Shown: piece after piece, positions 34,693 through 46,873 of the stretch
Layout of the letters: each line of letters begins with the position of its first letter
How positions within the stretch are numbered: position 1 is the stretch's first letter
Source: Monocercomonoides exilis PA203
Lineage: Eukaryota > Protista > Preaxostyla
Reading direction: 5' to 3'
DNA: 64,000 nucleotides
NCBI GenBank assembly: GCA_001643675.2
Contig: LSRY02000021.1
Coordinates: 1,116,001-1,180,000 of the forward strand
The notes under the pieces: generated by a model
Databases searched by the model: none
What the model saw: only the letters and a program-made list of their open reading frames with translations
What the model was told of the DNA's origin: nothing
Translations under genes and position numbers: made by a program

Positions 34693-37600
34693 TCAAGAAT
34701 TGTACAAAGCAGATTGTCTTCCTCTATAAAACGGCCCATGATTTTGTGAATAAACAACAGATGAAGTTGTGACACTTTTAGGATAAGCACGTTTTGTAAT
34801 AGAATTTGCATGAATGTTATCTGACTGTGATTGAAACTGTGGTTTCTTCTGAAATGTTACGTGCATATCCTTTGAGGGCATTCTCTGACTGGATGAATAA
34901 TCATTATATTCATATTGGATATCATCTTCATCATCATCATCATCATCTTCTTCTTCTTCTTCTTCTTCATGTATAATGTCATCTCTATAATTCTGTAATT
35001 GTGCAGGTTTGTTTGAATAATTGCTTCTCATTGAAGGAGAAGAAGAAGAAGAAGAAGAAGAAGGAAAAGTCAATTTTGAATGAACTTTTGAATCTTCATA
35101 ATTTTGCATTGTGTTTGTGTTTGTGATTGAATTGCTGCTGCGTTCTTTCAATTGCTTCAAAAAGGAAACAGCTGAAACTGTCCTCACTTTGTGTTCGGTT
35201 TGTTGAGGGTTCATAAGATCTGAAGAAGGAGAAGAAGAAGAAGAAGGAGAAGAAGCAGCAAAATAACCAGAAATTGACATGGGATTTGACATGGCAGTTG
35301 AAGTGGATGTGACTGATGAGTCTGTTTGTTTGACAGAAGAAGGCTTCAGGTGATAAAAGGAAGGTGTTGAAGAGTGTTTGGATTCAATTGCTTCTTCTGT
35401 GTTAATGTTTGTGTTGAATGAATTTGGTGTTGAAGAAGGTGAAGAAGAAGAAGAAAGAGAAGAAGAATGAGGAGAAGAAGGGCGAAGAAGATTAGAGAAT
35501 TTAGGTGTTTGTTGCTGTATTTGATGTGATTGAGATGTCTGAGGTGTTTGAGGTGTGTGTGAAGTGAATGGAGAATGGTTAGAAAGAGAAGAATAAGCAG
35601 CTGCTGTTTTTTCTTGCTGCTGCTCTGGAAACGTCGCAGAAAGTGATAAAGACAATCCTGTTTGTTCATCATCTTCTTCCTCTTCTTCTTTTCCCATCTC
35701 CTTCTTCTCTCTTCCCCCTTCCATTTCTCTTTGTGTTGTTGTATGGAACGGTGTGGGTGGCTGGTTACTTGCTGGTGATAGAGATCTCTCAAATGCAGGC
35801 GAAAGACTTCGAAGTGCTGATGCTGAACGCCTCTGACTCTGCGAGCGCCGCCGCTGCTTCGCGGCAATCTGCTTCAGAAACTGGCGATCTTCATCATCAT
35901 CGTCTTCTTCTTCATTGTCTTCATTGTTATCCTCTTTTCCTTCTTCTTCTGTTTCATCATTACTATTAATGTCATCATCGTCCAATGTAGATTTCCCCAT
36001 CATCATTCTTCCTCTTCTTCTTCTTCTTCCTCTTCCTGGTTGATGAGCATCATCATTATCACCTTCATCATTAACACTCCCTGCATTCTTCAGAAATTCA
36101 TTCAGCATCTTCGATCTATCTGGTCGCTTTCTTCTGCTGTCAAGTTGCCTTCCCCTCGGCAAAACAGAATTTTGAGGCGTTTTTTCTGCTTTTTGTGTAA
36201 ATTTTCTTTTGGATTCATCAAATTTTTGCGTAAATTTTTTATTTTTTGACTTTGTTTTTTTCTTGTTTTTACCAATTAATGAATAAATATTGTTTTTATC
36301 TTTGTTTTTCCCTTTGCCTTCATCATCATCTTCATCTGAACTATCATCATTGCTATTCTTGTCATCGTCTGAATCCGAATCTGAATCTGAATCTGAATTT
36401 GAGCTCGAACCGGAACTAGGACTAGAGCTGGAAGAAGAACTTGAACTTGAACTAGAACTAGAATCACTGTCACTATCATCTTCTTCATCCTCCTCCTCTT
36501 CTTCTCTTCCTTCTCCTCCTCCTCTTCCCCCTCCTCCTTTCTTTCCCTCCACCCCAACCGCATTCCTCGTGCTGTTCATCGGTCCTATCCCATATTTCCT
36601 GGCGTCCTCGTCAATTGCCTCGTCAATGCTGAACGAATCTTCTGTCTGCCGCATCAGCTCCTCCAGTTTCTTCTGATGTTCCCTCCGCAGCCTCTCTTTC
36701 TCCTTCAAAAGCGTTTTTTTCTCCTCCTCCCGCTTCTTCTCCCACTCTCTCCTCCTCTCCATCGCTGCTTCTCTTTCTTGTATCGTTCGCATTTTCTCTT
36801 CTTCCAACATATTTTTAATCTCTTCTAACCTCCTTCGCTCTCGTTCTTCCTCCATCTTTTGCAGCCTCTCCTTCTCCCTCATCCGCTCTTTTTCTCTTTC
36901 CTCCCACTCCCTCCGCCTCTTCTCTGCCTCTTCTCTTTCTCTCCTGTCTCTTTCTCTTTCTTCTTCTGCAATCCTCTCCAGTTCCCTAATCATCTCCTTC
37001 TCTCTCTCAATCTCTTCTCTTTTCTCTTCCTCCAATCTCTTCTTCTCTCTCTCAATCTCCATCCTCCGGATCTCCCTCCGCACTCGCTCTTTCTCTTGCT
37101 CCATTTCCTTCTCCATTTCCTTCTCCAGCTCCCTCCGAAGCCTCTTCTGCATTTCCTTCGGATCTTCTTCTTCTTCTTTGGAAATTGCTTCTTCCTTCCA
37201 TTTTCTGCTTTCTTTGGCTTTTTCTGCTAATTCTCTTTTTAACTCCTCCAGCATCGCTTCTCGTTCTCTTTCTCTTTCCTGTTCCTTTTCTCTCTCAATC
37301 TCTTTCTCTCTTTCTATTTTTCTTTGCATTTCTTCTTCCTCCTCTTTAATTCTTTGCCTTGTGGCTTCTCTTTCTCTTTCAAGTTCTCGTTTCATTTCGC
37401 GAATACGATCTTCTGCTCTTTGTTTCGCAGACTCCTCATTCATTTTTTTGAGCATTTCAGCTTCTCTCTCTTTTTCCTGTTGCTTTTCTAACTCTTTTTT
37501 GATTTCTTCCTCCATTTTTTTCCTCTCTATTTCTCTTAAATCATCCATCCTTTTTTTCATTTCCAGCGCTTCTGCCTCATTTTTCCGTTTACGCATTTTC

Positions 37601-38457
37601 AATTTTTCCATCATCTCCTTCTCCTCTTCATCGGTTGTTTCATCATCTAGATCGTTTTCTACGTCCACATTTTTCCCATTCCCGCTCAAAGATAAAATGC
37701 GATCTCGAATTAATTCTGCTTGTTGTTTAATATCATTTCGTTTGTCTTGGGTTAAAAGCTGTGAATCCGCATCTACCTGAAATTTTTTGAGAGGTTTAGG
37801 AGGAGTGTCTTTTTCAATTTTTGTTGGAAACGAAATCTTCTTTGTTTTTGTGTTTTTGTTTTGTTTTGTGGATAATTTTGATGAGTTCGATGGCTTCGAT
37901 GGCTTTGATGGCTTTGAAGTTTTTGTTTTCACATACGAATTAACTGTTGGCGAAACTTCTTGAGTTGCTTGTTGAATGACAATTGATGGTACAGAATCTT
38001 TAAAAGATTGAATTGTTTTAATATCAGGCTTTTCATCTATTTCTGGCATTGCTAAAAGTAATGCTTCAATTTCATCTGCAGTCAGTGAAGAAGTTGGATC
38101 GGTAGACTTCTGTTGAATGGGTAATTGTTGTGTTTCGAGTGAAATAATTGGTAAATTTGTTTGCTGATAAAGAGACGGTGTCTGTTTTGAAGGATTTAAA
38201 AATATAGATGAAAATCCAGGACATGCATAGGCATTTGATTGTACTGGTAGCTGAAATTGTTGTGGTAAGATTTGTTGTTGAACGGCAGGAAGAAAATGTG
38301 AAGAATATGAGCCATGTCTCTCTTCGCTTAGTGGATGTGTAAATTCTTTGCGCTCTTGTGCATTACGTTTCCGAATATGGTGTTTGTGATGTTTTCCATC
38401 GTATTGATGATGTTTATGGGTTCTTTGCCTCGAGGAGGACTTTAAATGAGAAGGCAT
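34693..38457 (-). CDS. Hypothetical 1254-aa protein with a long E/R/K charged helix and acidic/Ser-rich tracts
   Basis: Long uninterrupted ATG-TGA ORF; no recognisable globular domain. Confidence 0.65.
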   Translation of the reverse strand: MPSHLKSSSRQRTHKHHQYDGKHHKHHIRKRNAQERKEFTHPLSEERHGSYSSHFLPAVQQQILPQQFQLPVQSNAYACPGFSSIFLNPSKQTPSLYQQTNLPIISLETQQLPIQQKSTDPTSSLTADEIEALLLAMPEIDEKPDIKTIQSFKDSVPSIVIQQATQEVSPTVNSYVKTKTSKPSKPSKPSNSSKLSTKQNKNTKTKKISFPTKIEKDTPPKPLKKFQVDADSQLLTQDKRNDIKQQAELIRDRILSLSGNGKNVDVENDLDDETTDEEEKEMMEKLKMRKRKNEAEALEMKKRMDDLREIERKKMEEEIKKELEKQQEKEREAEMLKKMNEESAKQRAEDRIREMKRELEREREATRQRIKEEEEEMQRKIEREKEIEREKEQEREREREAMLEELKRELAEKAKESRKWKEEAISKEEEEDPKEMQKRLRRELEKEMEKEMEQEKERVRREIRRMEIEREKKRLEEEKREEIEREKEMIRELERIAEEERERDRREREEAEKRRREWEEREKERMREKERLQKMEEERERRRLEEIKNMLEEEKMRTIQEREAAMERRREWEKKREEEKKTLLKEKERLRREHQKKLEELMRQTEDSFSIDEAIDEDARKYGIGPMNSTRNAVGVEGKKGGGGRGGGEGREEEEEDEEDDSDSDSSSSSSSSSSSSSSPSSGSSSNSDSDSDSDSDDDKNSNDDSSDEDDDEGKGKNKDKNNIYSLIGKNKKKTKSKNKKFTQKFDESKRKFTQKAEKTPQNSVLPRGRQLDSRRKRPDRSKMLNEFLKNAGSVNDEGDNDDAHQPGRGRRRRRGRMMMGKSTLDDDDINSNDETEEEGKEDNNEDNEEEDDDDEDRQFLKQIAAKQRRRSQSQRRSASALRSLSPAFERSLSPASNQPPTPFHTTTQREMEGGREKKEMGKEEEEEDDEQTGLSLSLSATFPEQQQEKTAAAYSSLSNHSPFTSHTPQTPQTSQSHQIQQQTPKFSNLLRPSSPHSSSLSSSSSPSSTPNSFNTNINTEEAIESKHSSTPSFYHLKPSSVKQTDSSVTSTSTAMSNPMSISGYFAASSPSSSSSPSSDLMNPQQTEHKVRTVSAVSFLKQLKERSSNSITNTNTMQNYEDSKVHSKLTFPSSSSSSSSPSMRSNYSNKPAQLQNYRDDIIHEEEEEEEDDDDDDEDDIQYEYNDYSSSQRMPSKDMHVTFQKKPQFQSQSDNIHANSITKRAYPKSVTTSSVVYSQNHGPFYRGRQSALYNS

Positions 38458-39132
38458 TTATTACTTATGGGTATATTCGATTTTTTTAAATCTATCAGTG
38501 TTCAGATTTATAAAAGAAATATCTATTTTTTCTATACAAATTTAATTTGTGCAAAACTGTTTTTATGAAATATTTCTCTCATTTGTGGCAAAATCTTTTT
38601 TTCATTAAAATGAGTTGTTGTAAGTTATTAAATAACAAATAATATGAATTGCAATAAATGAAGAGAAGTGTTTTTTCATAAAAGGAAATAAAAGTTTTTC
38701 TTTGATATTATTCAATTTTTTTGAAAGAAATAAGAAAAATTATTATTAACAAATTCCTTTTGTGGAATGAGTGGAAGTTGGTGGAAAAAGCGAAAGTTCA
38801 AGTTATTCGAAAAGAAGAAACTTTTGGAAAACACATGGAGGAAAATATAGACTTTCAAGCTTTTAATACACAAAGCATGAAAAAATTGATTCGCTAACAA
38901 CTTTCTCAATTTCTTTCAAATTTCAATATAAATTTGATTTTCAAATGTGAATACAAACATCATTGATATACAACATTATGTTTTGCGATCTCACTTACAT
39001 AACATAAAATAAATCCATTTATTTCAAATTATTAGAACACAAAAAGCTTATCAAAAGTTCGTAATTTTTCAATGAAAATACCTGAAGTCAAATATTTTGT
39101 CCCCATGTTAAAAGAATAATGAAGAAAAATAT

Positions 39133-39338
39133 GGCTGATCCTTTTTGAAATCAAACTTTCGTTTGAGTTTTGATCAAAATTTATATCTCGATGGGATTTT
39201 GTTTAAAATGACTTGAAAAAGGGAACACTTGTTGTTTATGATATTGCTTTTGCAAAAACATATTTTGACGCAAATCCCATTGAGGTTTTAATTTTGATCA
39301 AAACTCAAACGAAAGTTTGATTTCAAAAAGGATCATCC
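39133..39338. mobile_element. Hairpin MITE (206 bp, about 75-bp TIRs) flanked by ATAT
   Basis: GG(C/A)TGATCCTTTTTGAAATCAAACTTTCGTTTGAGTTTTGATCAAAATT at both ends in inverted orientation; ATAT at 39129-39132 and 39339-39342. Confidence 0.8.
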
Positions 39339-40563
39339 ATATTTACATCAGTTGAAGCTCAATTTTACCCTTTTTTTTCATTAACTTATTATTAAACAGA
39401 AATAATCTATGAACTTTCGTGTTAAAAATACAGTTTGTTCAAAAAATCATTGCAAAAATAAACACTCCATTATATAATCAGAAGAAATAATCTGAATATA
39501 ATGAAAAAAAATACCAGATTAGCTGTTAATAAACCAATCAATATTTTTTTATTAGAAACTTTATCAAAAATGTTTTTGATCAAGGTTTTTATTATGTGAA
39601 CTACAAAAAAACTATTAATTCATTCTTCATGCAGTAATGGCAACATCTGACAACATAACTTTTTCATCCCCTTGAAAAAACAAACTTAAAAAATTAAAAA
39701 ATGAAATACTCTCCATCATTGAAAACAGAAGTTGGTTGCAATATTATTTCCAACAGAGTGTGAGAAAAAGATATTTGAGCAATGATTAGCAAAGAAGGTT
39801 GTGGAAAAAATTGGTCGACCCTCAATAATCAAAAGTTAACAACGCGAAAGAGTGGAAAACCACTCCGTTGCAGTTCTTTCCAAGCAAAAAATTGCAGAGA
39901 GAAGGACATTCAATCAATGGTTTAATAAGTTAATATTTTTTATTTATTTTTAATCACTTTTTTTACACACAAGATGTTTAAAAAACAAGTTGTTACAGAG
40001 ACGAAGAAAGGAATAAATATCTTTGGAAATTTGACTTTAATCTCAAAAAAAGAAGCTAAACATAAAAGGCATGCACTTCCAGAACGAAAAAAATAACAAA
40101 GATCCATGAAGAATCTCCAGAAACAATTCGTGAATGGTTCGAAAAGAAATCTTCCGCAATCACAGAAAATAGTGTAATTGCTACAAACATTCAAAACTTT
40201 GACAAATCCTTTGTTAGTATTTATAAGGGAATAGAAAAGCTCATTTTCTGCCACAAAACCCGATCACCACCTTCTCCTCCAACATTTCCAAAAAAAAAGA
40301 AAATACAACTTTATGTGTTTGTATTTGTGCGGACGAGTCTTATCTTCCGCATATGGGTAATTATTTTTGAAAACTTCCTTTTGTTTGTTTTTCTAATAAT
40401 ACAAAAATTTCATGTTTTCATCAATTTTTTGCTCCCACATTTTAAACTTCGCTTAAATGGAAACAGAACCTAAGCAATGTTTTTATTTCCATTAAAGTGA
40501 AGTTACGTGTGTTGGAACATAAGTTTTGTGAAAACATGAAATTTTAATTTATTTTTGAAAATT

Positions 40564-41062
40564 GGGTAATTCTTTTTGGAAAGTCACAAATGTTTAATTT
40601 GCAAATAAAACAAGAATTTCATATTTTGCTCAAATTTATGTAAACATGAGTGATTATTTTTGAACACATATTTTTTCCTTCAAAGATTTCGGTTCGAAAA
40701 TTTCTTTTAAATGTTTTCAAATGAACACTGAAAAGTGAACAAGCATATTTAAGACCTCTTTATTTTCATTTCGGATTATGCATTTGTTTTTGAAACAGTT
40801 GTGATTATTTAAGCACTTGGATGGAAAATTTCTTCCCAAATGAAAACAATCTTTAAAAAATCTACATCCCGAAAAAAGTTATGATTTCAAAAATAATCAC
40901 CCACATACACCAAACTTCACTAATAAGAAATCTATTTCTTGATAATGCTATTTCATTCATTCTGAAGAAATTTTGTGAGTGGAAACAGAAATTTGAACAA
41001 AATGTGAAATTATTGATTTATCTTAAAAATAAACATTTGCAACTTTTCAAAAAGAATTACCC
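40564..41062. mobile_element. Middle MITE (about 75-bp TIRs, AATT TSD)
   Basis: GGGTAATTCTTTTTG(G/A)AAAGT...AAATTT inverted repeats; AATT at 40560-40563 and 41063-41066. Confidence 0.8.
40648..40902. mobile_element. Inner 255-bp MITE (ACAT TSD)
   Basis: G(A/G)GTGATTATTTTTGAA TIRs; non-palindromic ACAT duplicated at 40644-40647 and 40903-40906; homologous to 50928-51182. Confidence 0.8.
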
Positions 41063-41324
41063 AATTAAACAAAAGGAAGTTAACAAAAAAAAAATCAGCC
41101 ACATAGTAATAAACGTTCTCTAAAAGATACCACAAGACTTTTCAATTTTATCCTCTTTTTGTATTTCTCGTTAAGCTTCCTTATCAAAATGGATAAATTT
41201 AGAGATATTTCGATATATCATTATTCCGTAATGGATTTCGTTGATTGCAAATAAACTGAAAGTGTGAGAATCAAAGAAAGAACTGTTTTTATTTAACAAT
41301 CACTGTTCACATTTTGATTCAGAT

Positions 41325-41581
41325 GGGTGTTTATTTTTGAATCCAAATTTTTTTATTCAAAAACATCTGTTCGAGAATTCATTTAGAAAATTGATAAACT
41401 CACACTGTGAAGTTATAACTCAATTTTACGTTAATTTCAACATGATTGAAATCTATGACGTCGTTCTTTTAAACAATTTTCATGATTTTTTTCTTTAAGT
41501 TGTCTAATCCTTCTCCAAAGGAAAAAAACTGTTGTGGAATAAACACCACGAAAAAAGTTATGATTTAAATAATTATTATCC
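41325..41581. mobile_element. Diverged 257-bp copy of the same MITE family (flanks AGAT/AAAT)
   Basis: GGGTGTTTATTTTTGAA start; CGAAAAAAGTTATGATTT near the end is shared with 40870-40888; similar length. Confidence 0.55.
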
Positions 41582-42447
41582 AAATGGAATTTATTTTTAT
41601 ATTAACTTGGTTGTAATTTAATATATCTATTGTATTAAATTTTGCATGAGTTAAATTTATTGGATGTTTTAAAGAATCACAAAATATATTTTTTGTTATC
41701 CCGTTGATAATGATTTTTCAATAATGAAGGACTTGCATTATGTTAGAAAGAGCAAATAAGTGCCAATAAAAAATACCCAGAATTGTTGATAACATAGGAA
41801 AAATGAGTTATGTATATTAAAAATGAATCAAATCATATTATTAATATTGTTATATTCTTCAAAAATCAGTTTTTCCAAAATTATTGTTATTTATTTCTTC
41901 ACAAATACAAAACAATTTTAAAAAATAAGGATATGAACAGATGTCATATATGTTAACATACAATTGTGCAAATTGCTATTAATAAATATTGAATATTTGC
42001 GAGAAATTTTAATTTTTAATTATGAAAGGATGAAAAAATGTACTGATTAAAAAATCACCCCATGTAAAAAAGTTGTTATTTTTTGTGTTATTGTTCATTT
42101 GATAATTTGAAACAGCTGTTTGAATAATATTAAGTTGACTTTTGAGACTAATTTTTTCTATTTTTTCAGAACATCAAATTCAGTCCATTCTGATTTCATC
42201 CAAAAAAGAAACAAGAATTTGAATCTTTATATCAAAAGTATTAACCTTGATTTGATTTAACCTTCACAACATAATGATGTTCCTCACAACAACAAATATG
42301 TATTTTAAATAAACGCTCAAAAGAATTTATAAAAACTTGATGAACAGTTGCATGAAATGTGATAAAGTTTGAAGAAGAAATAAATTAAATTAAAAATATC
42401 GCTAAAACACAACATCATATTAAATGTTTCAAATAAAGTTGATCAGT

Positions 42448-42777
42448 TCACTTTGACGAAGATGACCGTTCAACTTGAGACGTTGCTTCTTTCAGTTTTT
42501 GAACAAGATCATTCATCTCTTCAGTATTGCAAGAAAATTCTATATTTCTAATCAGTCCATCATCAGCTACAGTTAGTCGTATGAGGTATACAGGTTCATT
42601 AACTTTTTTCGCGCTTGAAGTGTTTGTAACAAGTGAAAGACGCCAAGCAACATCAACTATCCGAGGAAACTGTTTTCCAATTTCATTGATTGATATATTG
42701 CTAGGATCCATGTCGAGACTTTCTGAAAGTTCCGAAGAAGATGTTGTGCTGCTTGTCGTTGAGGAAGTTGAAGACAT
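42448..42777 (-). CDS. COMM-domain protein, COMMD3-like, lacking the N-terminal helical domain
   Basis: IVDVAWRL...PVYLIRLTV...IEFSCNTEEMNDLVQKLKEA matches the COMM domain and most resembles COMMD3. Confidence 0.75.
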   Translation of the reverse strand: MSSTSSTTSSTTSSSELSESLDMDPSNISINEIGKQFPRIVDVAWRLSLVTNTSSAKKVNEPVYLIRLTVADDGLIRNIEFSCNTEEMNDLVQKLKEATSQVERSSSSK

Positions 42778-42849
42778 CCAAAATTTTTATTTTTATAATA
42801 CTCAAGATCAAATTTAATTGAAAATTTTAATAATTTTTTGCTTTACAGA
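42778..42849. promoter_or_regulatory. 72-bp divergent intergenic region (bidirectional promoter candidate)
   Basis: The ATGs of the COMMD-like gene (42777, -) and p24 (42850, +) are 72 bp apart; AT-rich. Confidence 0.45.
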
Positions 42850-43675
42850 ATGAGTTTATTAATTGTTGTTGCATTAATTAGATCATTGTTTCCGACAAAA
42901 TTAAATTTGTTAGCGGATACAACGAGATGCGTTATAGAAGATGTTCTCATTGATGTGTTACTTATTGGTAATTTTTCTGTTTCACCAAAGGGAAGATCTG
43001 TAAATTTTAATGTTTGGTGATACTCCAATATGTGCATTTTAGCGCACTATTTTTATTTATAAATATTTCATTTTTTTCGATTTTCTTTTTTTTTCTGTAA
43101 AAGTTGACTGATCCAATCGGAAATGAATTGATTTATCGCATTAATGTTGATAAAGCTTCTTTTGCGATAACTTCTCAGCACGGTGGAGATCACCGTTTAT
43201 GCTTTACAAATTTCTTTACGTCTGAAGGTTGAAAATCTATTCAATTTTGTTTTTTTTTAAAAAATTTGTGTTGAACAATAGAAGATGAAAAATACGATCA
43301 ATATAGCACAATCATAGATTTTTCATTGAAGCATGGTCCTGCAGCCGTTTCTTTTGCAAATGTTTGAGTATTTTTCCACTAATATTGAAGATGTGATGAT
43401 TATATTTTCAATGATTTTTAAAGGAAAAAGAGACTTCACATGGAACTGAAACAAAGATTACAAGTAGTATAAAAACTCTTTCGGATATGTCAAAAGAAGT
43501 GAATCATGAGATTATTACTCTGAGGGAAATTGCAGAACAAGATAATGTCATGTCAAAAAAGACTTTAGCATCTGTATCTTGGCTGTCCATCATATCAATT
43601 CTCTTTACAATTGTATTAGGAATTGTAGAAGTGATTTATTTGAAAAGGTTTTTTACCGAACAAAAAGTTGCATGA
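42850..43675 (+). CDS. p24/emp24/gp25L GOLD-domain cargo receptor, 3 introns
   Basis: Signal peptide, TRCVIED, VTDPIG, SFAITSQHGGDHRLCFTN, coiled coil, TM helix and YLKRFFTEQKVA tail. Confidence 0.88.
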
Positions 43676-44100
43676 AGAAACGATAATATATGTTTCATTT
43701 GCTGAAAAAGTGAGTCTAACTTCTCAATTTTTGGAGATAGTTTTCAAGATTGCTGAATGATGTTCTTAATTGATGATCAATAATGAGAAAAGAACAGAAT
43801 GAACGCAATTATCCAATGAACGAGTTTTGGATAATCCTAGCCTTCATTTCTATTTGCTTTTTTTATTTGTGTTGTTGATAATTATGTTTCTTTGAAACAT
43901 TTTTTTTTTCAAAAAATATTTCTGTTTTTAATTTTCGATAATGCTTCAACAAGAAGCCATCATTATATACATTTATTTCTTCAAACGTTTGAATGAATCA
44001 CACTGTGTATATTATCTCTCTTTTAAAAAAAAGGCCCATAAATAGTTTTATTTTTATTTGAAAAAACATTTCATTTAATTTTGAGTTTGATTTAAATTCA

Positions 44101-46873
44101 ATGGTGTTTTGGACTGTATACTTGTCGAAAAAAGGGTATTTTACATTTGCTATGACCAATTAATTTACTCACAAAAATTCTTTCAGACCTTTAGGAAAGA
44201 TTTGGCTTGCTGCGACATATGAAAAGAGTTTGAATAGATATGGAGTTTTACGTACAAATATCGCAGAAGCTGCTAAGATGATTGAAAGTGGAATACCTGT
44301 TGAAGCTGATGATAAAGATCATCTTCCTATTTCTGTGCGAATATCTGGATTTTTGTATTTTGGGCTTGTAAAAATATTCTCTCGAAAAGTTCGATATTTA
44401 TTTGATGATGTTAGAGGACTACAAACAAAAATAAACATGGTTAATACACATATTATTCTTTTAGTGCGTCACATTAATCATGATTGTTCAATTTATTTCT
44501 TTTTTTATTTCGAATGTTGTATACAGGCATTTCAATCGACCACTATTGATTTGCCATCAGATGTTACAGTGGCATCTCGGTCGCATATTACACTTCCAGA
44601 AACTAGTCTTGAGGATTTGATAAATATGACATTGACATATGATGCAGTTCCTTTAACAAGACAGATTCAATTTGGACCATCAACACAGTCAGCATTTTTT
44701 ACATCTCCATTTCAAGATTCGTCCAGTGCTTCTGGTCAATCAGTTATGAGAAGAAAGCCATCAAGAGAACAAGAAGAAACTTCTTTAATTTCAGGAATTA
44801 ATCAAGACAATAATGTGTGTAATTTGCTTAATAATTTTTACTATAATAAAATCAATTGTTGAATTTTACATCAAATGATATGATACAATTTATTTATTTT
44901 TTTGTAAGCTTCTACAAACACCATTTCTTGATCCGTCTTTGATGACAATGCTTGGATTTACCGATGCTGCAGGTACACCAACATCTCTTGCCACAACCGG
45001 AATGAACATCTTCACTGATAACTCGCCATTTGCAGAGCAAGCAGTTGATGGGACAATCGAGCGCAGGAGAACAAGTGGCAGAGCTGGACTAATAGCAGAT
45101 GCAGAGAGAGCATTGAAAAGGATGGAAGATTTGGATGGAGGTGAGCAAGACATGGCAATGTTTGCTGATTTTGAAATGGATGATGCTCAATCATCAAAGA
45201 AAAAGAGACGAATGATTTCTCAACTTGCGCACAGTGATTCCGCATTGGACAGATTTAAAATAGCCGAAGAAGATGAAGAAAGAAGAAATGAGCGAATGGA
45301 AGAGGAATTCGGAGAGCCAGGAACAGCATTATTTTCAGATGGAACGGAAAGCCAGATGACGCAAAACGTTGGAGGAGGTAAAGAAAAGCCAAGAAAAGAA
45401 AAATATTCAAATTTGAGAGACGATGAAATCATTATTCCTGACCAGATCTTTCGCGAGCATAATCAGAACACTGCACCAACAACACGTCATAAAGGAGAAG
45501 GGGCAGAAAACAAAACAGACAACATCAAAATGGATATTGAAAGCAGGACTTCAACTTTTGATGAAGAGACAACTTCAAAATCCGTGTTTGAAGAACCACT
45601 AGGCCTTCGTTTGAAGACCGATTCAATTTCAGATTTTCTGCCAAATTCATTTCTGAGGATAAAGCAACCAATTTATCCTGCATTTCCAAGAGAGGAAGTC
45701 GAGCCTGGTACGCAATTTTTTTGCTTATTTATCATTTAAAAAATTTTTTTATATTATCTTTTAAAATACTAAATGAACGTATTACTGATTCTGTTTGTTT
45801 TTTAGGGCAAATACGTTCTTTTCCTCCAACTCCATCAGCTGTGCCTGGAGCAGCAGATGGAACACATTATCGCAATGTTTTCAGCCATACAACAACACCT
45901 CAATCTGGCATGACAACACCAAGTATTAAGGGAGTTGCTGATGGTGATCAGCTTCAGGCAACCCCGTTTGACGTGCCTGGTAGTGCAGGTTTTGCATTAT
46001 CATCAGGATTTACTCGCAGAAGACAATTGATGAATGAAGATGTAGCAGCAAGCGAAGTCGGAGGAAGGCTCACAAAGGGAATATCAGATGAAGATGATGT
46101 TGACATGACTACATTCCAAACTTTCGACGATGCAGATTTTCCATTGCGCCAATCAGCGCTCGCTGGCAGAAGATTAACAGCATCAAGCAAACAAAGAGAA
46201 GAAGCGGATCAGTCAACTGCATTTGGCGGAATCAGAGGCTCTCATTTTGACAATGCTGTTGAACAGCAAAAGTCAATTGCAGAACGTGAAGATGGGATTC
46301 TATCGCCTCTGTTTGACATATTGTCGCCACCTCTTGAGAACCCTGCTGACAGGCCAAATCCATCGATGGGTTATACTCTTCCATTGACAGAACAGCAGCA
46401 TCAGAATCGTTTTGAAAGGCAGCCAGAACCATCTGTCCAGCAGTTCGACGAAAAGACTTTGGGATTAATGCATTTTATTAATGATAAGTTTGAAAAGAGA
46501 GAAGAAGAAAAGGAATCAGAAGAAGGAAAAGACGATAAAAAGAAAGGAAAGGAAAAGGAAATGAAAGCCAAAAGAGAAGGAAGTGATGATCCTCTTGATC
46601 CGTCAAATTCGATGAAGATGTCTGAGGTTATTGTTACACAGCGGAGACGGACTCTTGCGTATGCTTTTGCTGGCCTTCTGACACTGAACAGCACGGGCTA
46701 TATAAAAATGATGCAGAACTCGCCTTTGGGTGATATTAGCATTAACAGAACAGTTTGTAATTTTAATTTGTTTTTCGCTTTTTTGTTAAATTAAGAATTA
46801 TTGTAACTTTTCTTTAAAATTGTAGCCTCGCCTTCAACAATTTGCACAAGCTTCCAAAAGAAGAGTTAAATGA
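44101..46873 (+). CDS. Cohesin alpha-kleisin (Rad21/Rec8 family), multi-exon
   Basis: LSKKG|PLGKIWLAAT, TNI, ISVRISGFLYFGLVKIFSRKVRYLFDD; C-terminal winged helix RRTLAYAFAGLLTL...Q.SPLGDISI; TGA at 46871. Confidence 0.9.

Larger units (their letters stand above)
40355..41100. mobile_element. Outer MITE of a triple nest (flanks ATAT/ACAT)
   Basis: The left TIR GGGTAATTATTTTTGAAAACTTCCTTTTGTTT...AAATTTCATGTTTTCA matches a right TIR that is restored only when 40564-41066 is removed. Confidence 0.7.
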
